This document shows positions 1-13,700 of a stretch of 64,000 nt of DNA, in pieces. Position 1 is the stretch's first letter. Each line of letters begins with the position of its first letter. The translations under genes were made by a program, and so were the position numbers. The notes below the pieces were generated by a model. It ran no database searches. It saw only the letters and a list, made by a program, of their open reading frames with translations, and had not been told where the DNA came from. Source of the stretch: Daphnia carinata (taxonomy: Eukaryota); contig NC_081331.1 in the NCBI RefSeq assembly GCF_022539665.2, forward strand, positions 3,968,001 through 4,032,000, written 5' to 3'.

Positions 1-808
<808 letters not shown>

Positions 809-3800
809 AAATCGCCAGTCGGCGCGCCTCCAAACCCTTTTTTCTTTTCTTTTTTCCTGCCCCAGAACTCCTTTTCCTCCCCCCTATTTTCAGCCAATAA
901 GAGAGAAGGTGGGCGAAGTTTTTTTTTTTTTTTTTTTCTTCTTCTTCTTTACTCTTCTCTTTAGTTGATGCATATCTTCGTGGAAAGGCTTTTTTGATTT
1001 GTGCCTGAGGTTTTTTTTTTTTTTTTTGCTCCGGAATTTTGTTTCTCCCCCCTCCACTCTCCTCATTTTCCTGCAACAATCATCAGAAAACAACCAGCCA
1101 TAGATTTAATCCGATCTCAGACAAAAAAAAAATTTTTTTTCCTATCCTTCCCCCCTCCTTTCATCTGTACACAAAAATAGCATAACGCAATATTTTTAGG
1201 TTCTGGCAGTGACCTAATCAAATTACCTTTACAGGGTAACAACACTGTCTCTTTGACATAGTAATCTGACGTCAATAGCAAGCGCAGAATCGGCTCTAGG
1301 TCTTGAACGTACACATTGCATCATTGTGATAATTTAAAAATTCCCCACTCCTCCCCGCCATCTCCACCCTGCTATTTTTTTTTTTTTTTAGCCTTTCAAG
1401 TTCAATCAATTATTATTATTTTTTTTTTTTCGAAGTTTACTTAACTTTTCCCAATTGGGAAGGTTGGGTCGGGGTGCCTTCCTTCTCCAGCCCGATTCCC
1501 CCAAAAACTCCAATAAGTCGATCGAGGCCAACCAAAGATGCAATGGTTAATTATTGAATTTTTGTTGTTTTTTATTTTTTTCAAATTTTTTTTTAATGAG
1601 TGGGGGTCGACAAAACCAGGCCAGAATGGGAAGAGAATGTGGAGTGAAAGGAAGTATTGTATGTCGTCGTTGTGCGTATCACTTTTTTTTTTTTTTCGGT
1701 CTAATTGCGTGAGCGTTCATCGGGTCCGAACCCCGCCAGATCTCAGTTTTTTTTTTTTTTGCTTAGTTGTTTGTTTATTTAAACAAGTTTCTTTTTTTTT
1801 GTTTGTTTTACTTTTGACATTATTTTGATCGTTTTTGCCAGACTCTGCTTTGATTTTTTTTTTGCGTCAAATCATCCAGCAATTTCAAAATTTCACGTTG
1901 TAATTCATCCGACTCCTTCATCGAACATTGTAGGGCGACCACCATCATCCCCATTCATCTACCTCAACTTCTATCAAAAGTTGTGTCCCCCCCCCTTTCA
2001 TCCCCTTCTATTCACGCAGTGAAGACAAAGCAAACATTTCTGGCAAAAACGACAGCGTCGTTTTTTTGTTTTTTTTTTTAAATTCTTTTTCATTTGTTTT
2101 TCCTTTCACGATGCATATCGAAATTTCGAATTTCTTTAAAATATTATTATTAGAATAATTTCAATAAGAAAAACAAAAGAGAAAAACTTCGTAAAAGATG
2201 AAGTCTAACTTCCTTTTTTTTTTCTTACGCAATTTCAATCTTGGTCAAGAGGAGAAGAAGACCGAGATCCCATGGCGTTCAAATTCAGGGACATAAATAA
2301 CGTGCGTGTATGCGTTGTGTATATGTCGTCGGCAGCCACAACACGAGCCCATTTTTAGCTGAAATGTTTTTGTACAAAATTAAACAAAAATCGAAGGGGA
2401 AAGAAAACCGAAAAAAAAAAAAAATATTCATAATAATAAAGAAATTCGTCCGCGTTTTTACCGTTTGTTTCGTATAAAATCAGATGCAAAAAAAAAAACG
2501 GAGAGTATGAAGAAACAGTCTTCTCTTTCTTGTTCAGTCTGTGCGTCCCCCTGTCGTTTTAGTTTACATGCATATTCTATTCTAATGGGCCAATAGAGTG
2601 TCAGTGTGTTCTCGTGTAGAAATGAACGAAAGAAAAAAAACGACGGGCAAAAATAGGAGAACGAAAGCGGAAGAAAGTATGATAGTATTTTGTACAGTTT
2701 TGTTAAAAACAGAGGGAAAAGTGCTTGACAAAAAAAAAAATTGTGTTCAATCGTTTATATTACTAAGCGCGTTTTTCTTTATTTGTTGACTCGCTTAAAT
2801 GTCCCATCCAATTCTTTTTTTTTTTTTTTTGTCCTTTTCGTTCGGTACATAAAGTCCTCCTGCTCCATCCACCCAAACAATCCCCCAAGTTTTTTTTTTT
2901 TTCCTGTTATTTCTTTGTAGTTCATTTCGAAATTTTTTTTTTTTTTAAGTCGATGGTACCCACCGGAATTTTCGGATTTATTTTGGAACGATGTATAAAA
3001 TCAAAGGAAAATATTAGCTAGAGAAAGAGAGAGGAAAAAAAAAGCTCAGCAAATTATTTTGTTTTCAACCTGAACATTTAAAAAAAAATTAATTAAAATT
3101 CATGCCGTTTGTTTTTTGTTGTGTTGTCGCAATTTTTGGTCGTTTTTTTTTTTTTTCTCTATTCCGGAAGGAACTTTTCTTTTGATTTTTTTCGTATTTG
3201 AAAGAAAAAGGAAAATTTCCCCAGTTGATTGTTCATCCGTTTGTTTATGTTATCCCGGCGGAAGCAAAAAAACACGAAAAAAAAAAAATTTATAAGTTCT
3301 TGGAGTATTTGCTCTCCAGTTCCCTTCTCCCTCCACCTACTCGTTTTTTCTTGATTCGTCCCCCTCCTCCCCCCAATTATTGTATCAGTGATGTCTCCCC
3401 ACCTCGTACGTTTTAATTATTTACATCGTCTCTTTCCCCGTTTTTTTTTTTCGTCCGTCGTTGTCGTCGTTTAATTGATTAAAAATTCTTGAAAAAAAAA
3501 AAGGTCATCCAAATTTGTATCAAAAAACGTTGTAAAAGTTTCGTGGCTTTTCTGCAAAAGTGGTGAATATTCCTTCTTTCCTCTTTCATAAGAAAAACAG
3601 CAGCATTACAAGAAATGTCCAAATCAATTCACCACCTTGTTTTTCTTTTACCTTTTCCCTTCTACCATCTTCGAGTTTGCAGCGACAGTTTGTGCACACC
3701 TGGGGTTTCATTTAAAAGGTAATTTAAAATGTCTTATTTTAAAGTAACATTGCTTCCAAAATAATTTCGTTCATTGAAGGTTTTCCTGCTCTGTTCATTG

Positions 3801-4385
3801 TTGAAGAATTCAATCGAGAAGTCCGTTCAGGTCTGTGGGAGTTCTAAATGCGTCCACGACTGTGTTTAAGAATAGTTCCATGATTCGCAAAGATATTTTT
3901 GGTCTGAAAAAACGGAGGAAGGTAAACAAAGAGACGCATTGCAAAATTTCTATAATTGTATGAGTATTTTTACGAAATGCAAATGCCGGATTTATCTGGT
4001 TTGCTTTCGATTGAAACACACCTGCCCCCCCCCCTTCCTTGGCTTTGCCCTCGCAGGTAGGGTGATGTGAGTGTAGGATCCCCATGAAATTCTAGGGATG
4101 TCTGTTGGCTGAGGGCACTACACAATTTGATGTTAAAATTCCATCGTTTTTTCTATCATAGGAAGAGAATCGAGACGGACCATGTAACCAATCCAAGGCC
4201 TTTTATACATTTCATTAGTAAACACATGGTGTTTGATGAAAAACAACGCACATTACAAAATTGGTAATAAGCGTTTACGTTTAACATAAAAATAAAAAAA
4301 AGAAGCGGAATGTAAGTCATAGAATTTTCAACCAACTTCCATCACACGCAGAAGTTTCTTCTAACTTTCGCCAAACGCGAAACAT

Positions 4386-7300
4386 TCAAGGAACAATTTT
4401 AGGCTCGTGAGACTTTTGGTGGAAGGCGAATGTAACTCCAGCGTCCCAGGCAGACTTCAGAATGGGATCCGGAATAGTTTTGCGATCTGCACAGTGATTC
4501 CATTGGGATAAATCAGAATTACAAGTGGCGTCGTCCGGTGGCGGTTTTACTTGAATTCGATTGACGCAACGGCGGCATTTGAATCTAGTTTTGGTGAAGA
4601 AAAACAAATTATTTGGTTAAGTATAACATTATTTCGAAAGCGTTGCTGTGATTCCAACTTGTCGTGCGTATCGCTCATCGTTTGATCTTCCAATTTGAAC
4701 AAATCGCGTAAATCAGAGAGGCTGAAATGTCGTTCCACATCATCTTCATTATCTACCACACAGGAGCTGAGTGCCTTCTTGTGGGCCTGGCGCTGGAAGA
4801 TCTTTTCTTCGATGGTACCAGTCTGCTCGGTTATAAAAAATCAATGATTTGTTTTTTTTTATGTACATTTTTAACAATATTTTGCAGTGGAACACGTACC
4901 GATAGCAGACGATAAATGAAACAGGGCTTCTTTTGGCCGTCTCGCCACACACGTGCCATGGCTTGATCATCGTTGGCCGGGTTCCAGTCGGGATCAAACA
5001 TCACCAAACTTTGAGGTACAAAATATAAATTATACTAGCCAAATTATTTAAAAAAAAATATGTTTACCGATTGGCCCCAATCAGGTTCAAACCACAACCA
5101 CCAGCTTTGCTGCTTAGCAAAAATACAAAATCCGAGCTGGCAGGGTCATTGAAGCGTTCAACAATCTAAAACACAAGATACGTTAAGTAAGTCTTTTTTG
5201 CATCTTTCAAAACTACGTTACTTTGGCTCTTTTTTTAATGCTCATGCTTCCATCCAGACGGACGCACGGATAGGTCCTCATCCGGCAAAGCTTTTCGAAT
5301 AGATCAAGGGTTTGAGTGTAATTCGAAATCAGGACGATCTTGTCGTTGGTGGTGCTTTTGACCATAGCCAAGATACAATCAAGGACGCAAAGCTTTCCAG
5401 ATAACTCTGTTTGCAGCTTCCTATCGATTGAAAGGTGACAATTTAATTACTGTATCGACAAGCAAAAACGCGAGGGAAGTTACATACCGTGGATCGAAGT
5501 TGGCGGGAAATAATGGCAGAGTGTCTTCGAACCCGTCAACGCCCGATTGGCACTTGTCATAAATCAGTTCTGGATGGCTGCAAAGTTTCTTTAAATTCGT
5601 AATGGCGGCCAGGGCAGTCATGCTCGTTTTGCTCGGTTTTTCGTTGGTTTCTGTTTCAATTCAAGTTCAGTCATTAATGGGATCTTTAGTCATAAAATTC
5701 AAATTGGGTACCTCTCATTTTGCTCTTGATAGCTTCTGAAGTGACGAACTTTTTGTATATGGCCGCTTGTACAGGACCGAGTTTAACACAAACCACCAGT
5801 TCAATTTTGACTGGTAGATATTTGGTTAACAATGCGGACGTTCGCCGAATGATGCATTTATTGACTAGATCTGCTAGTTCTTTAAGTTTTCCTTGGCCCT
5901 GTTTCTGCGTTTCTTCCGTTGCATCAGCGTCTCTGCCCCGCAAGATGGGCGTCTCAAACCTTCTTTTGAACTCCTGTAACGTGAAGTATGCGATTCTGAT
6001 TTGCACATGCGAATTTCAAGTTCAAAGTTCTACTCACCTGTGCAGTTCCGAGAATGCCTTGGTTAACGAAATGCAACAAGCTAAAATATTCCAGTAAATC
6101 GTTCTGAATGGGCGTTCCTGACAGAAGAACCCGGCGTTTACAATTGAGTGCCACCAGGGCTTGGTATGTCTGGTTTTCACTGTTTTTCAAACGATGGCCC
6201 TAGTCAGACGAAAAAGTACGTTATATTATTTAAAAGTTTTATTTTTATTAAATTAAAATTTTTTAATTATTTATTATTATTACTATTGTTATTATTTTTT
6301 TTTTTTTTTACAATTGAAAGAATCTAATCAGAGTATAATAAACATTTTCTAAGCATACCTCATCACAAAGAACAAGTCCGATTTCTCCTTGGTGAAGAAC
6401 GTGTGCGTGAAGTCTAAACGTCTCGTAAGAGATTATAAGTACAGGATTAAGGACTCGCCGACCGTGCGTGTGCATGAAACCATGTAAATTGCGATCGATT
6501 TCATCTTTGCTTCCAGAATCTATCACCAGCGAATTAAGTCGGCCACTCAACCACTTGTTGATTTCATTTTGCCAATTCTTGCACATTCATACAACTGTTA
6601 TAATCCACAGAGATTCTAAGGGTATTTAATTGAGCGAACCTTGACCAAACTGCTGGGTGATACAATAATTCCCTTAGTAATCAGGGGCTTACAATCTGGG
6701 CCTTGTTTGAGTAGAGTCCAAAGTAGTGTAATGCACTGCAAGGTTTTTCCTAATCCCATTTCATCAGCCATGATGCAACCATAATTGTTTTCAATGCATA
6801 GACCAGTAACACAGTCATACATGAATTTTACTCCCTAGTATTCGAAATCAGAATGAGTAATGTTATCACAAATTACTAAACAACCACAAACTTACTTCAC
6901 GTTGGTGAGGGCGTAATACTTTAGTCAAAACTGGATCAACCACCACATGGACTGGATGCTTATCACTAAAATGGAATATTTGTCATTCTCTGAGGATGAT
7001 GTTTTAAAATTTTCAGATTTTTTGATGGTGTATACCTAATAGATGTTTTCAGCTTCTCATGAGCAGATAGTTCAGGAGGTGTATACAAGATCAATGCGCC
7101 AGGCTCTTCTGGGTCATGTAAAGCTTGCCGTATTCCAGCTCGTCTTAATCCAAGGGCTTTTCCAAGAGTTGGGCCACTATAGTTTGGAATTGGAATTTTA
7201 AATGGCTTTGAAAGGATCTTTTTGATAAGTTGTTCCTATTAAATTATAAGAATTATATAGTTTTAATTCTTAAAACGCTGCTACTGTATTTTACATGGAA

Positions 7301-7596
7301 TGTTGATCCAGATGTTTCTGAATTGCCTTCAACAACTGAGAGACTGCATTGTGTAAGAGGTTTCCGATACGGCGACAAAAACTCCGTAGTTCGATCAACC
7401 ACTTGGGTTTTTTTATTTTTGCCACTTTTCTTTTTTTCAGACCAAGCAGGGTCATCGTCTTCGTCGTCGTATTTTCGTTTTACTTGACCTAACTGGCTTG
7501 GCGCCATACTCCGTCTCTAATATTTTCCCATTATATTTTAAACAAAAAAATTACTTGTTTAGTTTTCATAAGATCGTATGATTTCACAAATACCAT
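4386..7596 (-). CDS. RAD54L: DNA repair and recombination protein RAD54-like (SNF2-family translocase), complete multi-exon gene
   Basis: ATG-only first coding exon 7596-7594, then 7516-7295, giving [10 protein letters not shown]. Further exons 7235-7036, 6965-6896 ([17 protein letters not shown]) and 6834-6640 ([26 protein letters not shown], motif I). Downstream: ISYETFRLH...LCDE|GHRLKN (motif II), [66 protein letters not shown], and Zn-site HDK.KCRRC...WNH. Stop at 4386-4388. All introns checked are GT-AG. Confidence 0.96.
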
Positions 7597-7845
7597 TTTT
7601 GTGTTAGGGAAATGTTTCGACTATTTTTTCTCCTTGTGGATATCCCGCCTTCAAATTCCAATACAAACTAATTTGGCTATTGCACCCTGCAACCAAAGCT
7701 GTTCTAAAGCTGGAAAACATTAATGCAGCGAAATGCTGAAAAATTGGAGGCATAATCTACTTTTCACCATTCTTAAAAACAATAATTTTTGCGCTAAAAA
7801 AATATGTGTACTGAAAATTTAACACAAAGATATATTGAACGTTTG

Positions 7846-7851
7846 TTTATT
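7846..7851 (-). terminator. Probable polyadenylation signal (AATAAA) of PRPF38A
   Basis: TTTATT on + (AATAAA on -) about 20 nt after the PRPF38A stop codon. Confidence 0.55.
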
Positions 7852-7870
7852 TTAAAAAAAGACATACAGA

Positions 7871-9289
7871 TCACGGCCGCAAAGGAGCCAAACCCAATTT
7901 CGCTCGTAAAGCATTTGCTTCGGCAATTTCAGGATCAATCTCAGCACTGCTACTCTTCTTGCTATCCTTCTTCTTGTTGGATTTTTCCCGATCACCACGT
8001 TTACTTCTTTCTCTTTCTGGTTCACGCTCCCTATCTCGATCTTTGCGATCTCTACGATCCCTCTCTTGGTCTCTCCTATGATCACGATTCCCGTGTTCAA
8101 TAGAGCGACTTCGTTGGTGCCGACTGCGATTTCTGTCACGACTACGATCCCGTTCACGGCTGCGATCCCGCTCACGACTACGATCTCTGTCACGGCTGCG
8201 ATTCCTTTCCCTACTGCGGTTTCGTTCTCTACTGCGATGCCTTTCCCGGCTTCGGCTTCTGTCTCTTTGCCTCTCACGCTGTCTATCTCTACTACGTTCT
8301 CGTTCACGCTCTTTGTCTCTATTACGACGAGCCCGCTCCCGTTCCCGTTCACTGTCTTGTTTTGAACGAGAACTGGTGGGAGGAGGAGATAAAGAATCAC
8401 CTTTCCTTTCACCTTCTTCTTCTTCACTTTCTGATTCATCATCTTCCAAATCTTCTTCCAATGCTGATACTCTCGGTTCAATTTCATTAGCTTCTTCTAG
8501 CACTTGGCGTTTCTGAAAAACATAATTCTTTTAAGATATTTCTGCAGTTATTTAATTTTACAAATTACCTGCAGCCTAGGCAAGATAACATCACAAAAAC
8601 GCTCCTCTCTCAGTAGGCTGTCAATAAAGTCATCCATGTACAGAAGTTCAAATGCTAGGTCAAACAAATGAATCTTAGTATTAAGAACTTACACAGACTT
8701 TTCAGCTTTAATTATTACTTCCTTCCTTGTTTTGAAACCGAATTTTTCTGTAATCATTATAAAGTGGTTCCAAATATTTATAAATTTCAACTGAAGTTCC
8801 AACAAGCCTCATATAGAATGCTCCCAATGCCCGAACATACCTAAAAACCAACAGTCATGCTCTGTAAAACTCTCTTCTTACATTATACCAGTGAAAGTTG
8901 ATATAGATGTGGATTTGAATTAATAACCTACTTGAAATCTTCATTTTTTATGAATTCTACTACAATGTCCTTCTCTGGTTGGATCTGTAGCATTTTAAGT
9001 GTGAGTGAAAGAAATGGGGTTGGTTTTACATTTCCGCCAAATATTCCTCCAATGTAGCGTAATTCCATAGCCTTGTCGACCATTAATTCAGCTGACGCCA
9101 GTAAAATTTACCATTAAAAAATTAAAATTAAAATAAAAGCGCAAAAGATAAATACATACCAGTCAGTGCAAAGCATTCTTCTTTCCAATATTTTGAATCA
9201 TAGATTCGAGTTCGAATGATTTTTTCCACTAAATATTGGGGGTTAGTTCCTTTTACGGATATAGCTTCTTTTATTGTCCTATTAGCCAT
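7871..9289 (-). CDS. PRPF38A: Pre-mRNA-splicing factor 38A (Prp38 domain, acidic stretch and RS/RD-rich tail)
   Basis: ATG at 9289. MANRTIKEAISVKGTNPQYLVEKIIRTRIYDSKYWKEECFALT|AELMVDKAMELRYIGG..GGNVKPTPFL.LTLKMLQIQPEKDIV.EFIKNEDFK|YVRALGAFYMRL...LEPLYNDYRK|...MDDFIDSLLREERFCDVILPRLQ|KRQVLEEANEIEPRVSALEEDL...RS repeats...EIAEANALRAKLGLAPLRP*. Five coding exons with GT-AG introns. Confidence 0.96.
8127..8252. repeat. Coding minisatellite: 7 imperfect 18-bp units encoding the S-R-(E/D)-R-(N/D/H)-R hexapeptide repeat of PRPF38A
   Basis: Consecutive units on +: cgatttctgtcacgacta / cgatcccgttcacggctg / cgatcccgctcacgacta / cgatctctgtcacggctg / cgattcctttccctactg / cggtttcgttctctactg / cgatgcctttcccggctt. 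Confidence 0.9.
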
Positions 9290-9720
9290 TTTTCGACACA
9301 AACGCTATTAGCGAATCGTATAATGAATAATCATAAAAATCCAATAGTGTTTTTCAAAATTAAAACGTTGACTATCATTCAATTCCAGGTGACGCTGAAA
9401 TGTCGTCTGCATGGCTACTTGCGAAACACCCATACGGCGAGCGGGAACACTAAGTTGTTCCGGAACCTAGAAGAAGAAACAGGAAAAACACAAAAAGTGA
9501 AATATTTTCTTGAAGATTAACTATGTTTTTTAAATTTTATTCCATTGGTTTACCGGATAACAGTATTTTTAAAAACAAATTCGCTAGGTCCTAGTAAGAA
9601 ATACTTCAAATCTAATGACCAAGGGAAAATTCTCGTCTGCTCAAGTATTGTTTCCTTTCGTAATCTTTCGTGTCTGAAAATTACAACTCTTCAAGTAATT
9701 TCCATTGGGAAAGTAAAGGT
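9290..9720. promoter_or_regulatory. Shared divergent promoter and 5' UTR region, PRPF38A/PAM16
   Basis: Only 431 nt separate the two head-to-head ATGs (9289 on -, 9721 on +). Confidence 0.7.
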
Positions 9721-10194
9721 ATGGCGAAATATCTGGCCCAAATAATTATAATGGGTGGTCAAGTAGTTGGAAGGGCATTTGCGAGAGCTCTTAAACAAGA
9801 ATATCAAGCTAGCCAGGAGGCTGCTAAAAGGGCTGGAGGAGGTAAAGCCGGTGCGTCACGTGTCGAGGCTAATCTAAAAGTATGTTATATCCCTCTATCC
9901 TTATATTGCGTAAATCATATTAAGGTACTTCTCAGTAATAAAAGATTTACTTGTTTCGATTGGTAGACAGGCATGTCACTTGAAGAAGCTAAAGAGATCT
10001 TGAATGTGGACAAACTGGAACCTGAATTGGTGAAAAAGAACTTTGAGCACCTTTTTAGTGTGAATGACAAAGCAAAAGGTGGATCGTTCTACCTACAATC
10101 TAAAGTATATAGAGCTAAGGAAAGACTTGACCAAGAAATGAAACATGCTGCAACAAAACAAGGATCTTCGAGTGAAAAGCAGAATACAGTGTAG
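9721..10194 (+). CDS. PAM16: Mitochondrial import inner membrane translocase subunit Tim16/Pam16 (Magmas)
   Basis: Exons 9721-9879 and 9967-10194 (intron 9880-9966, GT-AG): [41 protein letters not shown]...[20 protein letters not shown]...[35 protein letters not shown]-like domain without HPD. AATAAA at 10273-10278. Confidence 0.97.
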
Positions 10195-10780
10195 CCTCCT
10201 ACAAAACGAGGCTAAAGGTTATCGAATTTATCTTTGTAGTCGAATTGAAAATTTGTACATATAGGGATAATCAATAAAACAATTTTTATAATAATATTTG
10301 TTTGTTCTAGGACTTCATTGTCATCTGGGTAATTTGCCAACTGTTTAGCAAGTCTAATTTTGGCAAGTCAAATGAGCAAGTAAACAAACAAGAAAAAAAA
10401 GAAAGGATGTAAAGTATTGAACAAAGGGCTTTACGTTAAACAACCCTACTTACAGGTTTAGTTTATTGAAATTCAATTTCAAAAGAATAGTATGGATATA
10501 GTCTACAACTGAAACACAGATGGTCTCTGCCACTAGGTAACCAGGTTATGTATGATAACAAAGTTATGCTTTTAGGATCCGTAGATCGAAGATGTCTATC
10601 GCAGGTTGCGTTGTTAACGAGAAAGAGTTCGTAGCAATAAAGGTTAACTATTCGTTTAGGGCATAGTTTATTAAAGTATCTCGACAAACCGTTAAATTAA
10701 TATTTATAGATCTTTTTGCGAACTTCCTTTAGAACTCATCATTGATAAAAATTAAGCTTTGTTTAAAAAGCTATTCTTTT

Positions 10781-13700
10781 CTAAACAACTTTAGCGTCAG
10801 ACCCAGTTTTTGGACCCTCATCCGAACAATCAGGTCGGATGGTTTCAGCGATAATAGGCGGAGGAACATTGATATTTGCCGTTGACAGCAGACTGTAATC
10901 TCCATGCCTCTGATTTTTTTCCGTCTCGTTGCTTCTGCTACAGCACTTTAAAAGGTAAGAGGTGTTGCAGCTCTTTTTCGTACACATCATGTAACACAGA
11001 AGGGCTATCACAAGTGCCAGATTGATTGCCAATGCTAGTTCGACGCCCGTCGACCAGTTCTCGTAGCCTGCCAACTGCTTTACTAGCTCGTTCGGAAAGC
11101 AATGAGATTCTGGTTCTAATAGCGAACCTTTTATGTTACAAAAACCGTTTGGTGAAAAAAGAAATCCTTAAGTTTTTGAGAAAACTTTAATACCCGGTAC
11201 TGAGATGGATTTGAGCTGCGAGTCTGGGTAGCACGACGTGCACTGGGAATCACTTGGCCCACTGCAATATAGACAGGAATAATGGCATGGAGCACAGATA
11301 CCGCTGAGAAAACCGTTAAGTCCTGTATGGTTTATCGGATGTGATGCATTCGGACAGACAGCCATACATTTGTCTTCCCACATGTAAAAACCTGCTTCAC
11401 AAACTGGAACTACAGACAAAAGAATTTATTAAAGTAGAAGGCGGCATTTGATTCTTCTGTTTCTTTGAAACAGTAGAGTACCGTCAAAACTGCTAGTAGT
11501 CTTCAACGGAAGAGCTTGAAGCAATTCTGCTTCTCTGTTCTTCTCTGCATTAACCTGGAACGATAGACTGTGGGACTTTTCCGGGTGATCGTCTTTCAGT
11601 ACGAGTTTAGATGTCGTTGACTTCAATGGAGCACTCAATATTTTCGGCGGTGGTGATTCATTTCCTGGTGGGTCTTTGGTTCCGTAGGCAATTAGTGTCC
11701 ACCCATTCAACGTCGCTATCGTAAAAAAAAGAAAAAAAACTTAATCAAATGTTATCTCGTGTCAAAATGTGTCTGTATGCAATGTTAGGAGAAATGTGAA
11801 TCTTTGTTTTTGTACTAGCTAAAAAAAAAAAAGGCAATTACCAGGAAAGCGGCCCTCATTTTGGACTTCGATTATCCATTCACCAAAAGGATTCTCCCCC
11901 CAAAAATGTGTAGACATGAACGGCCACGAGTGAAATCCGTTACGGGAGTTGTCAAGAGGACGTCGTTGAAGAAGCGTTGAGCGAGTGCCAGAAGGGGATG
12001 ACAGATAAATTTCAATGTCTCCTCGATTCATTGCAGATAATGAAAGTAATACCTAAATTATGATTGACTTTTTAAAAAACAAGGTTTCGTGAAATACGTA
12101 TTCGCCTAAAGACGTAATACCTGAACGTGTTCTAAAACATTGACGTTGCCGCACTCACGCACGAATAGCTGCAACTGAATGGAATTTTTGGGTGAAACTA
12201 TCCTGTAACGAAAGTAAGTATGAACCTAAGGTTATTCCATTTTTTCAGCTTTTTAATTGACTATGCTTACTTATTAACGTCAGGAGCCCTAATTTCACAA
12301 AATTGTTGTGGCGGAACAGAAGTCCAGTTGCGGGCTAATCGTACCATGGCACCGGCATCCATCAGTCCATATCCGAATGAATGACTAACTAGTAAGACGT
12401 TTGAAAGAATACAGGTTCAATTGGATAGTAATTTTCTTTCAAAAAAGGCTAATTATAATACCATTCCGACCAACTCCGTTAATCTGCCAATCATTAGCCA
12501 TTAGGTGACCCCTATTAGCTGTGCGGACCACAATGTGTTGCATGTCACGCCATGTCAGGTTCCGGTTTGCTTCCAACACTAAGGCACAGATTCCTGCAGC
12601 AAGTGGCGCTGCAGCTGACGTGCCTGTATGACTAGGTGTGCATGAGTGATGCAAATCTGTCGTTACGATCTGTTGCAAGGTAAAGAAAGTTGAATGCTAA
12701 TTCCTTAAATTGAAATAAAAGAAAGTAACAAACTTGTTTTTCATCTATAGCACCACTGCTGTATGCCGTAGCTAATGTGCTGGAACAAGCTTCAGAGTAC
12801 CAGGGCACCGATCCGTTTTCTGTTGCACTGCTGATACTCAAGGTCCAGATCGAATTAGTGTATCCATCGCAGTTGCAATTATCACGTTCCCGGCCACCAT
12901 TTCCTGACGCCCACACAAAAATTGATCCCTTGCCACCACGGCCCTACAACCCAAACTATTAGCCTTGGAAGGGACATTTACCACAAACAAAAATCTGAAA
13001 CGTGGAACTCAGAGGGTGTGATTAGAGCATTATTCAAGCTTACTCTGCGGATCCCATCAAGGAATGCACGGGTAGCCAACTCGCCCGGGCCGTCTACTGT
13101 TTTGCCATCATCATCAGGACCCCATGAAGCACTGTAAATATCGATGTGCTGCGAATTGTGGCTGAGCGAGCGAGCTTCAACAGCATCGGTCACATCACCA
13201 TCTAGCATCCTAACCCCTACAAAAATGGTGACAAAATTGTTTGAATAGTCTTGATTTACATGATAGATAACATACCTCCAATGTTGGCATCGAATGCGAT
13301 TCCGACAGCACAGATTGAATTGTTACCCTGGGCAGCGACCTCACCAGCACACCGGGTTCCATGGCGGTTTGAATCGGTTGCATCATAACGAGGCGATGGA
13401 TCTTCATCGCCATCGTTGACGTCATAGCTGGCCATTGCATCCTTGTAAGAAACCCAGGTTAGAAAAACTTAGAATCTTAAAGCGAAGCGACATAGTTGTA
13501 GTACATAATTTCGGACAATGTCAGGGTGATCCTTTTCCAATCCGTCGTCTAGAATAGTGACGACTGTGCCTTTACCAGTTACTCCTGCTTTCCAGGCTTC
13601 TTGAACGTTCATGTCAAAACCATTTCCTCTATTCTACAGCATAAAGAAAAAAAAAAGAAAAAAATGTTTATAGGTGAAAAGAAAGAGCATGCAGCCTAAA

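Noticed and set aside
7804..8516. Long overlapping ORFs (7852-8487 -, 8066-8365 +, 8313-8516 +) over the PRPF38A last exon
   Set aside because: By-products of the stop-poor 18-bp coding repeat; only the RS-rich frame splices to the Prp38 domain.
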